Below are positions 20,712-30,488 of a stretch of DNA of 34,042 bases, in pieces (position 1 is the stretch's first letter; the number at the start of each line of letters is the position of its first letter). Source of the DNA: Bacteroidales bacterium (GTDB taxonomy: Bacteria; Bacteroidota; Bacteroidia; Bacteroidales; UBA932). The stretch lies in the NCBI GenBank assembly GCA_024681565.1, contig JAILAO010000084.1, positions 1-34,042 of the forward strand, read 5' to 3'. A program made the position numbers and the translations under genes. Under the pieces are notes generated by a model. It was not told the origin of the DNA and made no database searches. It saw nothing but the letters and a program-made list of their open reading frames with translations.

Positions 20712-22484
20712 ATGCCCAGTTATCTCCAGATCGAGAACATCTCCAAGGCCTACGGGCCCAAGGTGCTCTTTGAGCACATCGGCTTCAACATCAACGAAGG
20801 AGACAAGATCGCCCTGATCGCCCCCAACGGCACCGGCAAGACTTCGCTCCTGCGCATCCTCGCCGGCGAGGACAAATCCGATTCAGGAGGCCGGATCCTG
20901 TTCCTCAAGGACATCCGCATCGCTTTCCTGCAACAGGAATATGACTACGATCCCGGCCTGACGATTGAAGAACAGGTACTCCGGCACAGCGCCCCCCTGA
21001 CGGCGGATTTCCACGAGGAAGAACGGCGCGATTACCGCCAGCGCGTCCGGGAACTGCTCACCAGTTTCCGCCTGCCGGATCCGGCCAAACCGATGGCGGC
21101 CCTGTCCGGCGGCGAGGTCAAGCGCGTGGCGATCAGCGAACTGCTCGCCCTGCAGGCCGAATTCCTCATCCTGGACGAACCGACGAACCACCTGGACATC
21201 GAAGCCATCGAGTTCCTCGAAGGATACCTGAAACGGAGCCGCTGCACCCTGCTGATGGTCACGCACGACCGTTATTTCCTCGACCGGGTCTGCAACACGG
21301 TGATGGAACTCGACCACGGCGCCATCTACACCTACAAGGGCAATTACCAGAATTTCCTGGAAAAACGGGAAGAGCGCATCGCCCAGTACAATGCCGAAAC
21401 CGACAAGGTCCGAAACCTGCTGCGGCGCGAACTGGAATGGATCCATGCCACCCCCTGCGCCCGCAGCGGCAAAGCCAAATACCGGATCGACGCTTTCCAC
21501 GAACTCTCGGAACGCGCATCCCAGGTCTATTCCACCCAGCAGGTGAATCTGGAAGGGGTGGGCGCCGCATCGCGCCTCGGCAGCAAGATCATCCATTGCA
21601 CGGATGTGTGCTATGATTGGGAAGGCATCCCCATGCTCCGGGATTTTACCTACAATTTCCAGCGTTTCGACAAAGTCGGCATCGTGGGACGCAACGGCGT
21701 CGGCAAGAGCACCTTCCTCGATCTGCTCACGGGCGCGATCGAAGCGGACAGCGGTACCATCGACCGGGGCGAAACGCTCAGGATCGGGTACTACCGCCAG
21801 CAGGGCATGGAGTTCCGGCCCGGAGACACGGTCCTGGACATCGTCCCGGACACCCGGCTGCTGGGGCGCTTCCTCTTCCCGCACGACATGCTCTCCACCC
21901 GCGTGGAACGGCTTTCCGGCGGCGAAAAGCGTCGGCTCTACCTGCTCACCATCCTGCTGCAGGAGCCCAATCTGCTCATCCTCGACGAACCGACCAACGA
22001 CCTGGACATCGTCACCCTCAACATCCTGGAAGAATATCTCAAGGAATTCCAGGGCAGCCTGCTGATCGTCAGCCACGACCGTCATTTCCTCGACCGGGTC
22101 ACCGACCACCTGCTGGTCTTCTGCGGCGAAGGCGTGGTCAAAGATTTCATCGGCTCTTTCTCCGAGTACCGGGCCTACATCTACGACATCGAAGCGCAGC
22201 GCCGGACGGCGGGCGCAACCGCACGCGCCAAGGCCGCCCCGCCCAGACAGGAACCGTCCGCATCGGAAGCCAGACCCCGGAAACTGAGCTGGAAAGAACA
22301 GCGGGAGCTCGAATCCATCGAGGCCGAACTCCCCCGGCTCGAGGCCGAAAAAGCGGAACTCGAGACCCGGATGTCTTCCGGTGCCCTCCCCTACACCGAA
22401 CTCCAGGAGGCTTCCGCCCGCATCCAGACGCTGATAGACGAAATCAGCCAGCGCGAACTGCGCTGGCTGGAACTGTCTGAGTAA
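20712..22484 (+). CDS. ABC-F family ATPase (Uup-like)
   Basis: Two ABC domains (APNGTGKTS/LSGGE/LDEPTNHLD and GRNGVGKST/LSGGE/LDEPTNDLD), no TM segments, C-terminal coiled coil KLSWKEQRELE...RWLEL. Confidence 0.92.
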   Translation: MPSYLQIENISKAYGPKVLFEHIGFNINEGDKIALIAPNGTGKTSLLRILAGEDKSDSGGRILFLKDIRIAFLQQEYDYDPGLTIEEQVLRHSAPLTADFHEEERRDYRQRVRELLTSFRLPDPAKPMAALSGGEVKRVAISELLALQAEFLILDEPTNHLDIEAIEFLEGYLKRSRCTLLMVTHDRYFLDRVCNTVMELDHGAIYTYKGNYQNFLEKREERIAQYNAETDKVRNLLRRELEWIHATPCARSGKAKYRIDAFHELSERASQVYSTQQVNLEGVGAASRLGSKIIHCTDVCYDWEGIPMLRDFTYNFQRFDKVGIVGRNGVGKSTFLDLLTGAIEADSGTIDRGETLRIGYYRQQGMEFRPGDTVLDIVPDTRLLGRFLFPHDMLSTRVERLSGGEKRRLYLLTILLQEPNLLILDEPTNDLDIVTLNILEEYLKEFQGSLLIVSHDRHFLDRVTDHLLVFCGEGVVKDFIGSFSEYRAYIYDIEAQRRTAGATARAKAAPPRQEPSASEARPRKLSWKEQRELESIEAELPRLEAEKAELETRMSSGALPYTELQEASARIQTLIDEISQRELRWLELSE

Positions 22485-22495
22485 AAGCGCGGAGA

Positions 22496-24151
22496 CTACT
22501 CCGGTTTGTAAGAATCCTTGAGGGAGACGGTCTTGTTGAAGATGACCTTCTCCGGCGTGGAATCCTTGTCCTTGACATAATAACCGGTGCGCTCGAACTG
22601 CACGGCAAGGCCCGAAGCATCCTCCAGCAGGGCAGGCTCGGCCAGACCGCATCCCAGGGTAAGCGACCCGGGATTCAGGAAATCCTTGTAATCCTTGTCC
22701 TCCGGCACCTGGCTCATGTCGGCAAGCGTGAAGAGCCGGTCGTAGTTGCGCAGTTCAATCTGCCTGGCATAGTCGCAGGAGACCCAGTGGATCGTGCCCT
22801 TGACGGAGCGCCACTCGCCGCCGCCCGGCTTCGTGGTCGGATCGTAAGTGCATTCCAACTCCACGACATTGCCGTCGGCGTCCTTGACGACTTTCTCGCA
22901 CTTGATGATATAGGTGTACTTCAGCCGCACTTCTCCGTCCGGCTTGAGGCGGAAGAATTTCTTCGGAGCATCCTCCATGAAATCGGCGCGTTCGATCCAG
23001 AGCGTGCCGGTGAAGGGCACCTTGCGGGTCGCACCTTCCGGCTCGGCCGGATTGAGCGGGCAGTCGAACCACTCCACCTGTCCTTCCGGCCAGTTGGTCA
23101 GGGTAACCTTGACCGGATCCTGCACGACCATGTAGCGGTTGGCGCGGGCATTGAGGTCCTGACGGACGCACCACTCCAGCAACTGGATATCCATCAGCTG
23201 GTCGCGCTTGCTGACACCGATCTTGTCGCAGAACATCTTGAGCGCGTCCGGCGTATAGCCGCGGCGGCGCACGCCGCACAGCGTCGGCATCCGCGGATCG
23301 TCCCAGCCGGCGACAAGGCCCTTCTGCACCAGCTCCAGGAGCTTGCGCTTGCTCATCAGGGTATAGGTCAGGTTGAGCCGGGCGAACTCGTACTGGTGGG
23401 ACGGGTAAATCCCGAGCGTCTCGATGAACCAGTCATAGAGCGGACGGTGTACGTCGAATTCCAGGGTGCAGATGGAATGGGTGATATGTTCGATGGAATC
23501 GCACTGGCCGTGGGTGAAATCGTACATCGGATAGATGCACCATTTATCACCGGTACGGTGGTGTGAGGCATGTTTGATCCGGTAAAGGAGCGGGTCGCGC
23601 ATCATCATGTTGGGATGCGCCATGTCGATCCTGGCACGCAGGACCTTTTCGCCGTCGGCGTATTTCCCGTCGCGCATCTCCCGGAACAGCCGGAGATTCT
23701 CTTCGACACTGCGGTTGCGGAACGGGCTCTCGATGCCCGGCTTGTCCACGGTACCGCGGCCCCTGGAGATCTCCTCCTGGGTCTGGTCATCTACATAGGC
23801 GAGCCCGCGCAGGATGAGTTCCTCGGCCCACGCATACAGCTGGTCGAAATAGTCGGACGCATAGCACTCCTTCTCCCACTGGAAACCGAGCCACTTGATA
23901 TCCTCTTTGATGGAGTCCACATATTCGACATCCTCTTTGACGGGATTGGTATCGTCATAGCGGAGATTGGTCTTGCCGCCATATTTCATCGCCAGGCCGA
24001 AATTGATGCACAGGGACTTGGCATGTCCCAGATGCAGGTAGCCGTTGGGCTCCGGCGGGAAACGGGTCAGGATGGACGGCACCTTGCCGCTGGCGAGGTC
24101 GCTCTCGATGATTTCTTCCAGGAAATTGAGTCTCTTCTCGTTCTCTTCCAT
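22496..24151 (-). CDS. glnS: Glutamine--tRNA ligase
   Basis: TRFPPEPNGYLHLGHAKS, DDTNP, IYPMYDF, THSICTLEF, MSKRKL, GWDDPRMPT, VKGTIHWVS, QFERTGY. Confidence 0.97.
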   Translation of the reverse strand: MEENEKRLNFLEEIIESDLASGKVPSILTRFPPEPNGYLHLGHAKSLCINFGLAMKYGGKTNLRYDDTNPVKEDVEYVDSIKEDIKWLGFQWEKECYASDYFDQLYAWAEELILRGLAYVDDQTQEEISRGRGTVDKPGIESPFRNRSVEENLRLFREMRDGKYADGEKVLRARIDMAHPNMMMRDPLLYRIKHASHHRTGDKWCIYPMYDFTHGQCDSIEHITHSICTLEFDVHRPLYDWFIETLGIYPSHQYEFARLNLTYTLMSKRKLLELVQKGLVAGWDDPRMPTLCGVRRRGYTPDALKMFCDKIGVSKRDQLMDIQLLEWCVRQDLNARANRYMVVQDPVKVTLTNWPEGQVEWFDCPLNPAEPEGATRKVPFTGTLWIERADFMEDAPKKFFRLKPDGEVRLKYTYIIKCEKVVKDADGNVVELECTYDPTTKPGGGEWRSVKGTIHWVSCDYARQIELRNYDRLFTLADMSQVPEDKDYKDFLNPGSLTLGCGLAEPALLEDASGLAVQFERTGYYVKDKDSTPEKVIFNKTVSLKDSYKPE

Positions 24152-24174
24152 ATGTCTCTTATCGGTAAATCGCG

Positions 24175-24202
24175 CAAAATTACGAATAAATCTGTAAATT
24201 TG
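24175..24202. promoter_or_regulatory. Back-to-back -7 elements for glnS (-) and yicC (+)
   Basis: TAATTTTG on minus (24182-24175); TAAATTTG on plus (24195-24202). Confidence 0.65.
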
Positions 24203-24224
24203 CGAGCCAAAACAAACACCAGCG

Positions 24225-25103
24225 ATGATAAAATCGATGACCGGCTACGGCAAAGGGATTGCCGAGCTCTCCACGGGGCGACTTACCCTCGAAATCAGAA
24301 CCCTCAACGGGAAAAACTGCGACATCAATATCAAATCCTCCCTGCTGCCCAAAGACAAGGAGCTGACCGTGCGCAAGATCCTCACGGAGGCCCTGCAGCG
24401 CGGGACGGTCGATGTACTCCTGACTTTCGAGCCCAAGGCGGGCGCCACGGCGCGCAAGATTGATGCGGGTGTGGTCGAGAACTACTACGAACAAGTGATG
24501 GCCATCAGCGGCCAGGTCGGCCTCGGGACCTTACCGAAACCGGATTATCTGGAAGCGATCCTGCGTTTCCCCGATGTTTTTGATGCCGGCAAGCAGGAAA
24601 GCATTCCCGAGGAGGAATGGCCTGTGGTAGAAGCGGCCCTCCGGGAAGCATTGAAGACCCTGGACGCATTCCGCAGCCAGGAAGGAGCCGTCCTCTACGC
24701 CGATGTAACTTCGCGCGTGGCGAAGATCCTCGCTCTATACGGCGAGGTCGAGAGCCACGAAACCGAACGTCTGGATGCAGTCCGCGAGCGTCTGCTCAAA
24801 GCGGCGGAGGACCTGCATGTCAAACTGGATCCGGAGCGTTTCGAGCAGGAGATGATTTTCTACCTTGAGAAGCTGGACATCAACGAAGAAAAAGTCCGGC
24901 TGCGCCAGCATTGCAAATACTTCATGGACACCATCGACGGGGAGCCGTATCCCGGCAAGAAACTCGGATTCATCATCCAGGAAATGGGCCGTGAGATCAA
25001 CACCACCGGATCCAAGGCCAACCATGCGGAAATACAAAAGCTCGTCGTTCAGATGAAAGACGAGCTCGAAAAAATCCGTGAACAGTCGATGAATATCCTG
25101 TAA
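24225..25103 (+). CDS. yicC: YicC/YloC family endoribonuclease
   Basis: MIKSMTGYG, EKLDINEEKVRL, GKKLGFIIQEMGREINTTGSKA, KDELEKIREQSMNIL. Confidence 0.92.
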   Translation: MIKSMTGYGKGIAELSTGRLTLEIRTLNGKNCDINIKSSLLPKDKELTVRKILTEALQRGTVDVLLTFEPKAGATARKIDAGVVENYYEQVMAISGQVGLGTLPKPDYLEAILRFPDVFDAGKQESIPEEEWPVVEAALREALKTLDAFRSQEGAVLYADVTSRVAKILALYGEVESHETERLDAVRERLLKAAEDLHVKLDPERFEQEMIFYLEKLDINEEKVRLRQHCKYFMDTIDGEPYPGKKLGFIIQEMGREINTTGSKANHAEIQKLVVQMKDELEKIREQSMNIL

Positions 25104-25108
25104 CGGAC

Positions 25109-25579
25109 CTACGAAGCCTGCGGCGTTGCGGGCTTCGGAGCCTCCTGCACGGCCGGCTTCGGAGCGACGGGTTTCGGAGCGGCAGCCCGGGCGGGTGCGG
25201 AAGCGGAAGACTTCCGGACCATGGTTGCGACCAGTTGTTCGTACTCCTGTTCATTAATCATTTTGAAAGAGCCGTTGATCTGGGCTCCCATCTCGACCTG
25301 GATCTTGCGGACATGGATGTTGCCGTTGACAACAGACGAACTCTTGAGGGAGAGCTGGTCCTTGACGAAGATATCCCCGTCCATCTTGCCCCAGAAGTCC
25401 ACATTCGTGCAGAACAACCTTCCGGAAAGCTGGGCCGACTCGCCCACCACGATTTTGCCCTCGGAAAAGAGCGTACCGTCTACCTGGCCATCTACCCGGA
25501 TATCGGTTGAGGAGGAGAGGTCTCCCCGGATGGCCGCTCCGTGAGAGATCCTGCTGACATCATTTACATTCTGTTCCAT
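25109..25579 (-). CDS. Bactofilin (polymer-forming cytoskeletal protein) with Pro/Ala/Lys-rich tail
   Basis: Beta-helix repeats ISHGAAIRGDL, IRVDGQVDGTL, VVNGNI, EMGAQINGSF. Start is 25579 or the upstream ATG at 25624. Confidence 0.88.
   Translation of the reverse strand: MEQNVNDVSRISHGAAIRGDLSSSTDIRVDGQVDGTLFSEGKIVVGESAQLSGRLFCTNVDFWGKMDGDIFVKDQLSLKSSSVVNGNIHVRKIQVEMGAQINGSFKMINEQEYEQLVATMVRKSSASAPARAAAPKPVAPKPAVQEAPKPATPQAS
25131..25180. repeat. Three 11-bp coding repeats encoding APKP
   Basis: GGCTTCGGAGC at 25131 and 25155; GGTTTCGGAGC at 25170. Confidence 0.6.
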
Positions 25580-25639
25580 CGTCTTTTGAGGTTTGTTCGG
25601 AACTAAGTTCTTGTTGAGATTCATGGTGCTGTATCTGTT

Positions 25640-28600
25640 TTAGACCAGGCCTTTGCCATGGCAGTTCTTGTATTTCTTGCCGCTGCCGCAAGGGCAGGGA
25701 TCATTGCGTCCCACCTGCTTGTCCACCTTGATGGGCGTATTGGCCTTCTGCTCCCCGTTGGTGCTGAGGTCGCTGTGGCGGGCCTGCATGCGGCTCATGT
25801 CGGCCTGCGGACGGACGGCGCGCTGCGGCTGCTGCGGGCGGTCCTGGAGCGGGACGAATGCCTTGAAGAGGAAGGAAAGCACATCCTGGTTGAGGGTTTC
25901 GAGCATCTCCGCGAAGAGATTGTAACTCTCCAGTTTATAGACCACGACAGGGTCTTTCTGCTCGTAGGAGGCATTCTGGACACTCTGCTTGAGGTCGTCC
26001 ATTTCACGCAGGTGCTCCTTCCAGTGCTCGTCGATCTGGTAGAGGATGATGTTCTTGCTGAGGGTCTTGGCGATTTCGCGGCCCTCGGAATTGTAGGCAC
26101 GCTCCAGATTGACGGACAGGGTCATCTGCTTGCGTCCGTCGGAGATCGGGATGGCGATGTTCTGATACATCGATCCCTGCTTCTCATAGACGTCCTTGAT
26201 AATCGGATAGAGACGCTCGACAAGCGTATCCATCCTGCGGCGGTACACCTCCTGCATGTGTTCGACCAGCCGGTCTTCGATCTCGGCGGGCTTGGCACGC
26301 TCGAAAGTATCGGCATCCAGGCCGGAGTCGATGGACAGCTGGGCCATCAGGGAGACTTCGAATTCCTCGAAAGGCATCCCCTTGCTGCGGTCCACGAACA
26401 AGGCGGCGGTATCCTTCATCATATTCTGCAGGTCGATTTCCACCTTCTCGCCGCTGATGGCATTGCGCCGGCGGGAGGAGATGGCTTCGCGCTGATAGTT
26501 CATCACATCATCGTATTCGAGCAGACGCTTACGGACGCCGAAGTTGTTCTCCTCGACCTTCTTCTGCGCATTCTCGATGGCATTGGAAAGCATGTTGCTC
26601 TCCAGGGCTTCGTTCTCCTCCATCCCCAGTTTGTCCACCATTCCGGCGATACGCTCCGATCCGAACAAACGCATCAGTTTGTCTTCCAGCGAGATATAGA
26701 ACGTGGAGGAACCCGGGTCACCCTGACGGCCGGCACGGCCGCGCAACTGGCGGTCCACCCGGCGGGAATCGTGGCGCTCGGTGCCGATGATGGCAAGGCC
26801 GCCGGCCGCTTTGACCTCCGGCGAGAGCTTGATATCCGTACCACGGCCGGCCATGTTGGTGGCGATGGTCACGGAAGAAGACTGTCCCGCCTGGGCCACG
26901 ATCTCCGCCTCGCGGGCGTGCTCCTTGGCATTCAGCACATTGTGACGGATGCCGCGCATCCGGAGCATGCGGCTGAGCAGTTCGGAAGTCTCGACATCCG
27001 TCGTACCCACGAGCACCGGACGGCCGGCCTTGGACAACTCCACGATCCGGTCGATGACGGCGGCATACTTGGCTTTCTTGGTTTTGTAGATCAGGTCGTT
27101 CTGGTCGTCGCGGATCACGGGGCGGTTGGTCGGGATCACCATCACATCCAGTTTGTAGATGCTCCAGAACTCCCCCGCTTCCGTCTCGGCCGTACCGGTC
27201 ATGCCGGCCAGCTTGTGATACATACGGAAGTAGTTCTGCAGGGTGATGGTCGCGAAGGTCTGGGTCGCGCCCTCGACCTTGACATTCTCCTTGGCCTCGA
27301 CGGCCTGGTGGAGACCGTCGCTCCAGCGGCGGCCCTCCATGATACGGCCGGTGGACTCGTCGACAATCTTGATCTTGCCGTCCATGATCACGTAGTCCAC
27401 GTCTTTCTCGAACATCGTGTATGCCTTGAGCAGCTGGATCACGGTGTGCACACGCTCGCTCTTGGTCGAGAAGTCGGCCATCAGCTCATCCTTCTTCTGC
27501 TGCTTTTCCAGCAGGGAGAGCCCGGAATGTTCGATCTCCGTCGTCTGGGAACCGACGTCCGGCAGGACGAAGAAATCCTCGTTGCCGACGGCCTTGGCCA
27601 GCACCTCGTGACCCTTGTCCGTCATATCCACGGAACGGAGCTGCTCATTGATCACGAAATACAAGGGATCCGTGACCACCGGCATTTCCTTCTCGTTGTC
27701 CTGCATATAATAGTTCTCCGCCTTCTGCAGGAGCACTTTCATACCCGGTTCGGACAGGAACTTGATGAGCGGCTGGTATTTCGGCAGGCCCTTGTGGGCG
27801 CGCAGGAGGAGCTTGCCGCCCTCCGCTTCGTCGCCCTCGGCAATCTTTCTCTTGGCTTCGTTGAGCACCTGGTTGACCAGCGAACGCTGGGTCTGGTAGA
27901 GTTTCTCCACATAAGGGCGGAACTCCATGAACTGGGCCTCGTCGGCTTCGTTGCGCTGGATCGGGCCGGAGATGATGAGCGGGGTACGCGCATCGTCGAT
28001 CAACACGGAGTCCACCTCGTCCACGATGGCGAAATGATGCTTGCGCTGCACGAGGTCCTCCTGGCTGATGGCCATGTTGTCACGCAGGTAATCAAAACCG
28101 AATTCGTTGTTGGTTCCGAAGGTGATGTCGCACTCATAGGCCTTGCGGCGCGGATCGGAGTTGGGCTGGTGCTTGTCGATACAGTCCACGGACAGGCCGT
28201 GGAACATGTACAGCGGTCCCATCCACTCGGAGTCTCGCTTGGACAGATAGTCGTTGACGGTCACCATGTGCACGCCTTTGCCCGCCAGGGCATTGAGGAA
28301 CACCGGGAGCGTTGCGACGAGGGTCTTGCCCTCGCCCGTGGCCATTTCGGCGATCTTGCCCTGATGCAGGGCGATGCCGCCGATCAGCTGGACATCGTAG
28401 TGGACCATGTCCCAGGTGATCTCATTGCCGCCGGCCACCCAATGGTTCTGGTAAACCGCTTTTTCGTCCTCGATATGCACGAAATCGTGATTCACGGCCA
28501 GTTCCTTGTCGAAAGGCGTAGCGGTGACGGTAATGGTCTCGTTCTCCTTGAAACGCCGGGCCGTGGACTTGACGATGGCGAAAGCCTCGGGAAGGATCTC

Positions 28601-28915
28601 GTCGAGGCACTTCTCGATGGCCTCATCTTCATCCTTGACCAGTTTATCGGACTCGCCGGCAAGTTTTTCCTTCTCGGCGACAGGGATATCTTTATCGAGT
28701 TCCGCCTTGATTTCGGCGATACGGTCTTCAAAGGGCTTCTCAACTTCCTGCAGGCGGGCGCGAAGCGCCGCGGAACGGGCACGGATATCATCGTCGGAAA
28801 GCGCATCGATTTCCGGATAGACGGCAAGGATCTTATCCAGCACAGGCTTCACAGCCTTGTAGTCACGTTCGGACTTGGAACCGAAAATCTTGCCGATAAT
28901 AGATGCTAATGACAT
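25640..28915 (-). CDS. secA: Preprotein translocase ATPase SecA (long Bacteroidota type)
   Basis: AEMATGEGKTL, FGFDYLRDNM, IVDEVDSVLIDDARTPLIISG, ATNMAGRGTDI, QLRGRAGRQGDPG, C-terminal GRNDPCPCGSGKKYKNCHG. Confidence 0.98.
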   Translation of the reverse strand: MSLASIIGKIFGSKSERDYKAVKPVLDKILAVYPEIDALSDDDIRARSAALRARLQEVEKPFEDRIAEIKAELDKDIPVAEKEKLAGESDKLVKDEDEAIEKCLDEILPEAFAIVKSTARRFKENETITVTATPFDKELAVNHDFVHIEDEKAVYQNHWVAGGNEITWDMVHYDVQLIGGIALHQGKIAEMATGEGKTLVATLPVFLNALAGKGVHMVTVNDYLSKRDSEWMGPLYMFHGLSVDCIDKHQPNSDPRRKAYECDITFGTNNEFGFDYLRDNMAISQEDLVQRKHHFAIVDEVDSVLIDDARTPLIISGPIQRNEADEAQFMEFRPYVEKLYQTQRSLVNQVLNEAKRKIAEGDEAEGGKLLLRAHKGLPKYQPLIKFLSEPGMKVLLQKAENYYMQDNEKEMPVVTDPLYFVINEQLRSVDMTDKGHEVLAKAVGNEDFFVLPDVGSQTTEIEHSGLSLLEKQQKKDELMADFSTKSERVHTVIQLLKAYTMFEKDVDYVIMDGKIKIVDESTGRIMEGRRWSDGLHQAVEAKENVKVEGATQTFATITLQNYFRMYHKLAGMTGTAETEAGEFWSIYKLDVMVIPTNRPVIRDDQNDLIYKTKKAKYAAVIDRIVELSKAGRPVLVGTTDVETSELLSRMLRMRGIRHNVLNAKEHAREAEIVAQAGQSSSVTIATNMAGRGTDIKLSPEVKAAGGLAIIGTERHDSRRVDRQLRGRAGRQGDPGSSTFYISLEDKLMRLFGSERIAGMVDKLGMEENEALESNMLSNAIENAQKKVEENNFGVRKRLLEYDDVMNYQREAISSRRRNAISGEKVEIDLQNMMKDTAALFVDRSKGMPFEEFEVSLMAQLSIDSGLDADTFERAKPAEIEDRLVEHMQEVYRRRMDTLVERLYPIIKDVYEKQGSMYQNIAIPISDGRKQMTLSVNLERAYNSEGREIAKTLSKNIILYQIDEHWKEHLREMDDLKQSVQNASYEQKDPVVVYKLESYNLFAEMLETLNQDVLSFLFKAFVPLQDRPQQPQRAVRPQADMSRMQARHSDLSTNGEQKANTPIKVDKQVGRNDPCPCGSGKKYKNCHGKGLV

Positions 28916-28975
28916 TTTCCCAATATTTTTCGTTACATATATTCAAGCTCTTGCACGCATATGCGCGCAAGTTTG

Positions 28976-28993
28976 CAAATATAAGTAAAAAAA
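28976..28993 (-). promoter_or_regulatory. secA -7 element within copy 1 of an 18-bp direct repeat
   Basis: CAAATATAAGTAAAAAAA on plus; minus strand contains TATATTTG (28983-28976). Confidence 0.65.
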
Positions 28994-29014
28994 TGAAGAT
29001 ATGACAGACCTTCG

Positions 29015-30469
29015 TCAGGCGGTGCGCTTGGGAATGCGTTTTGCAATCCCGATCGCACCGGTCGGACAGACCAGGCGGCAGAGGTGACAGCCAACGCATT
29101 TCGCGCCGACGATGTGCGGCTTGCGGTCTTCACCGAAGGTAATGGCCTGGTGACCGCCATCCCGGCAGGAAATGTAGCAGCGGCCGCAGCCGATGCATAC
29201 GGAGCGGTCGATGACCGGAAACACCATGGTGTCGCGGTCCAGGTCGGACGGGCGGACGAAACTGTTCAGCTGGGAGCCCACCAGCAGGGAGAGGTCTTCG
29301 ATCCCGCGTTCCGCCATATAATTCTGCAGGCCGTCCGTCAGGTCCTCGACGATCCGGTAGCCATACTGCATCACCGCCGTGCAGACCTGCACATTGCGGC
29401 AGCCGAGCTCCAGGAACTCGGCGGCATCCCGCCAGGTCTCGATCCCCCCGATGCCGCTGATCTGCAGGTTCTTCATCACGGGGTTCTTGGCCATCTCCAG
29501 GATGAAACGCAGGGCGATCGGCTTGACGGCCCGGCCGGAATAACCCGAAATCGTCTTTTTACCATGGACGTCGGACCCCTTGCCCAGCGTCACGGACTTG
29601 ATGGTATTGATCGCGGACAGGCCGTCGGCCCCGGCGAAATAAGCGGCCATCGCCACCTGGGTCATCGAAGAGACGTTCGGGGTCATCTTGGGAATCACGG
29701 GGATCGATACGGCCCGCTTGACAAATGCCGTATAGAACGTGACCAGTTCGACATTCTGTCCGACATCGCTGCCCATCCCGGCCATACGCATCTGCGGACA
29801 GGAGAAGTTGAGCTCGATGGCATCCACGCCGGCGGCTTCCGCCCGACGGGCGAGGTCGATCCACTCGCGTTCGGTATTGCCCATGATGGAAGCCACGATG
29901 ATTTTGGTCGGGTAATTCTTTTTCAGCCGTTTCAGGATGTCGAAATCCATCTCCGGAGGATTCTCGGAGAGCTGCTCCATGTTGCGGAAACCGGAAATGC
30001 CCCGCCGGCTGTCATGGATGGCATCGAAACGGGGAGATACCTCCTTGATCTCCTGCAGGCAGATGGTCTTGTAATAGACTCCGGCCCAGCCGGCCTCCAG
30101 GGCGGAAGAGACCATCTCGTAATTGGTACAGATGGCCGAAGACGCGAGGAAAAACGGATTCTCGCAACGGATTCCGCAGAAATCGATGGCCAGCGAAGGA
30201 GCTTTCGGCGCAGGGGGTGCCGGCGGCAGCTGCCGGGCGATCTCCCGCAGCCGCACCGGACGGTCGTAGTGGATACAGGCCTGTTCCGCCGCCGCCAGAT
30301 CCTCTTCGGAACATGGGGCGAACCAGCGTGCCGCCCCGGCCGGATTGTCAAAACGGAGAGACCGGACGCCCCGGGCAGGATCACCGGCCCGGCAGGCATT
30401 TGTACAGGGGGCATTCGCACACAGCAGGCAACGCGCGGCTTCTTCATGAAGATGCAGACTCTTTTCCAT
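29015..30469 (-). CDS. preA: Dihydropyrimidine dehydrogenase PreA-type protein with a fused N-terminal PreT-like Fe-S fragment
   Basis: NPFFLASS, ELNFSCP (active-site Cys), IPKMTPN, SAINT, GYSGRAVKPIAL, SGIGGI, VQVCTAVM; C-terminal CIGCGRCYISC and CVGCHLCRLVCP; N-terminal EEAARCLLCANAPCTNAC. Confidence 0.88.
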   Translation of the reverse strand: MEKSLHLHEEAARCLLCANAPCTNACRAGDPARGVRSLRFDNPAGAARWFAPCSEEDLAAAEQACIHYDRPVRLREIARQLPPAPPAPKAPSLAIDFCGIRCENPFFLASSAICTNYEMVSSALEAGWAGVYYKTICLQEIKEVSPRFDAIHDSRRGISGFRNMEQLSENPPEMDFDILKRLKKNYPTKIIVASIMGNTEREWIDLARRAEAAGVDAIELNFSCPQMRMAGMGSDVGQNVELVTFYTAFVKRAVSIPVIPKMTPNVSSMTQVAMAAYFAGADGLSAINTIKSVTLGKGSDVHGKKTISGYSGRAVKPIALRFILEMAKNPVMKNLQISGIGGIETWRDAAEFLELGCRNVQVCTAVMQYGYRIVEDLTDGLQNYMAERGIEDLSLLVGSQLNSFVRPSDLDRDTMVFPVIDRSVCIGCGRCYISCRDGGHQAITFGEDRKPHIVGAKCVGCHLCRLVCPTGAIGIAKRIPKRTA

Positions 30470-30488
30470 AACGATCCTATCTTTTTAA

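Noticed and set aside
20712-22484. ABC-F as an antibiotic-resistance determinant
   Set aside because: Its C-terminal coiled coil and context fit housekeeping Uup-like proteins; no mobile context or leader peptide.
22485-22505. Terminator between convergent ABC-F and glnS
   Set aside because: Only a 5-bp stem (CGGAG/CTCCG) with a poor U-tract.
24225-25103. yicC not followed by gmk
   Set aside because: A simple rearrangement explains it; no further signal in the sequence.
25658-28909. 1083-aa plus-strand ORF
   Set aside because: Antisense shadow of secA.
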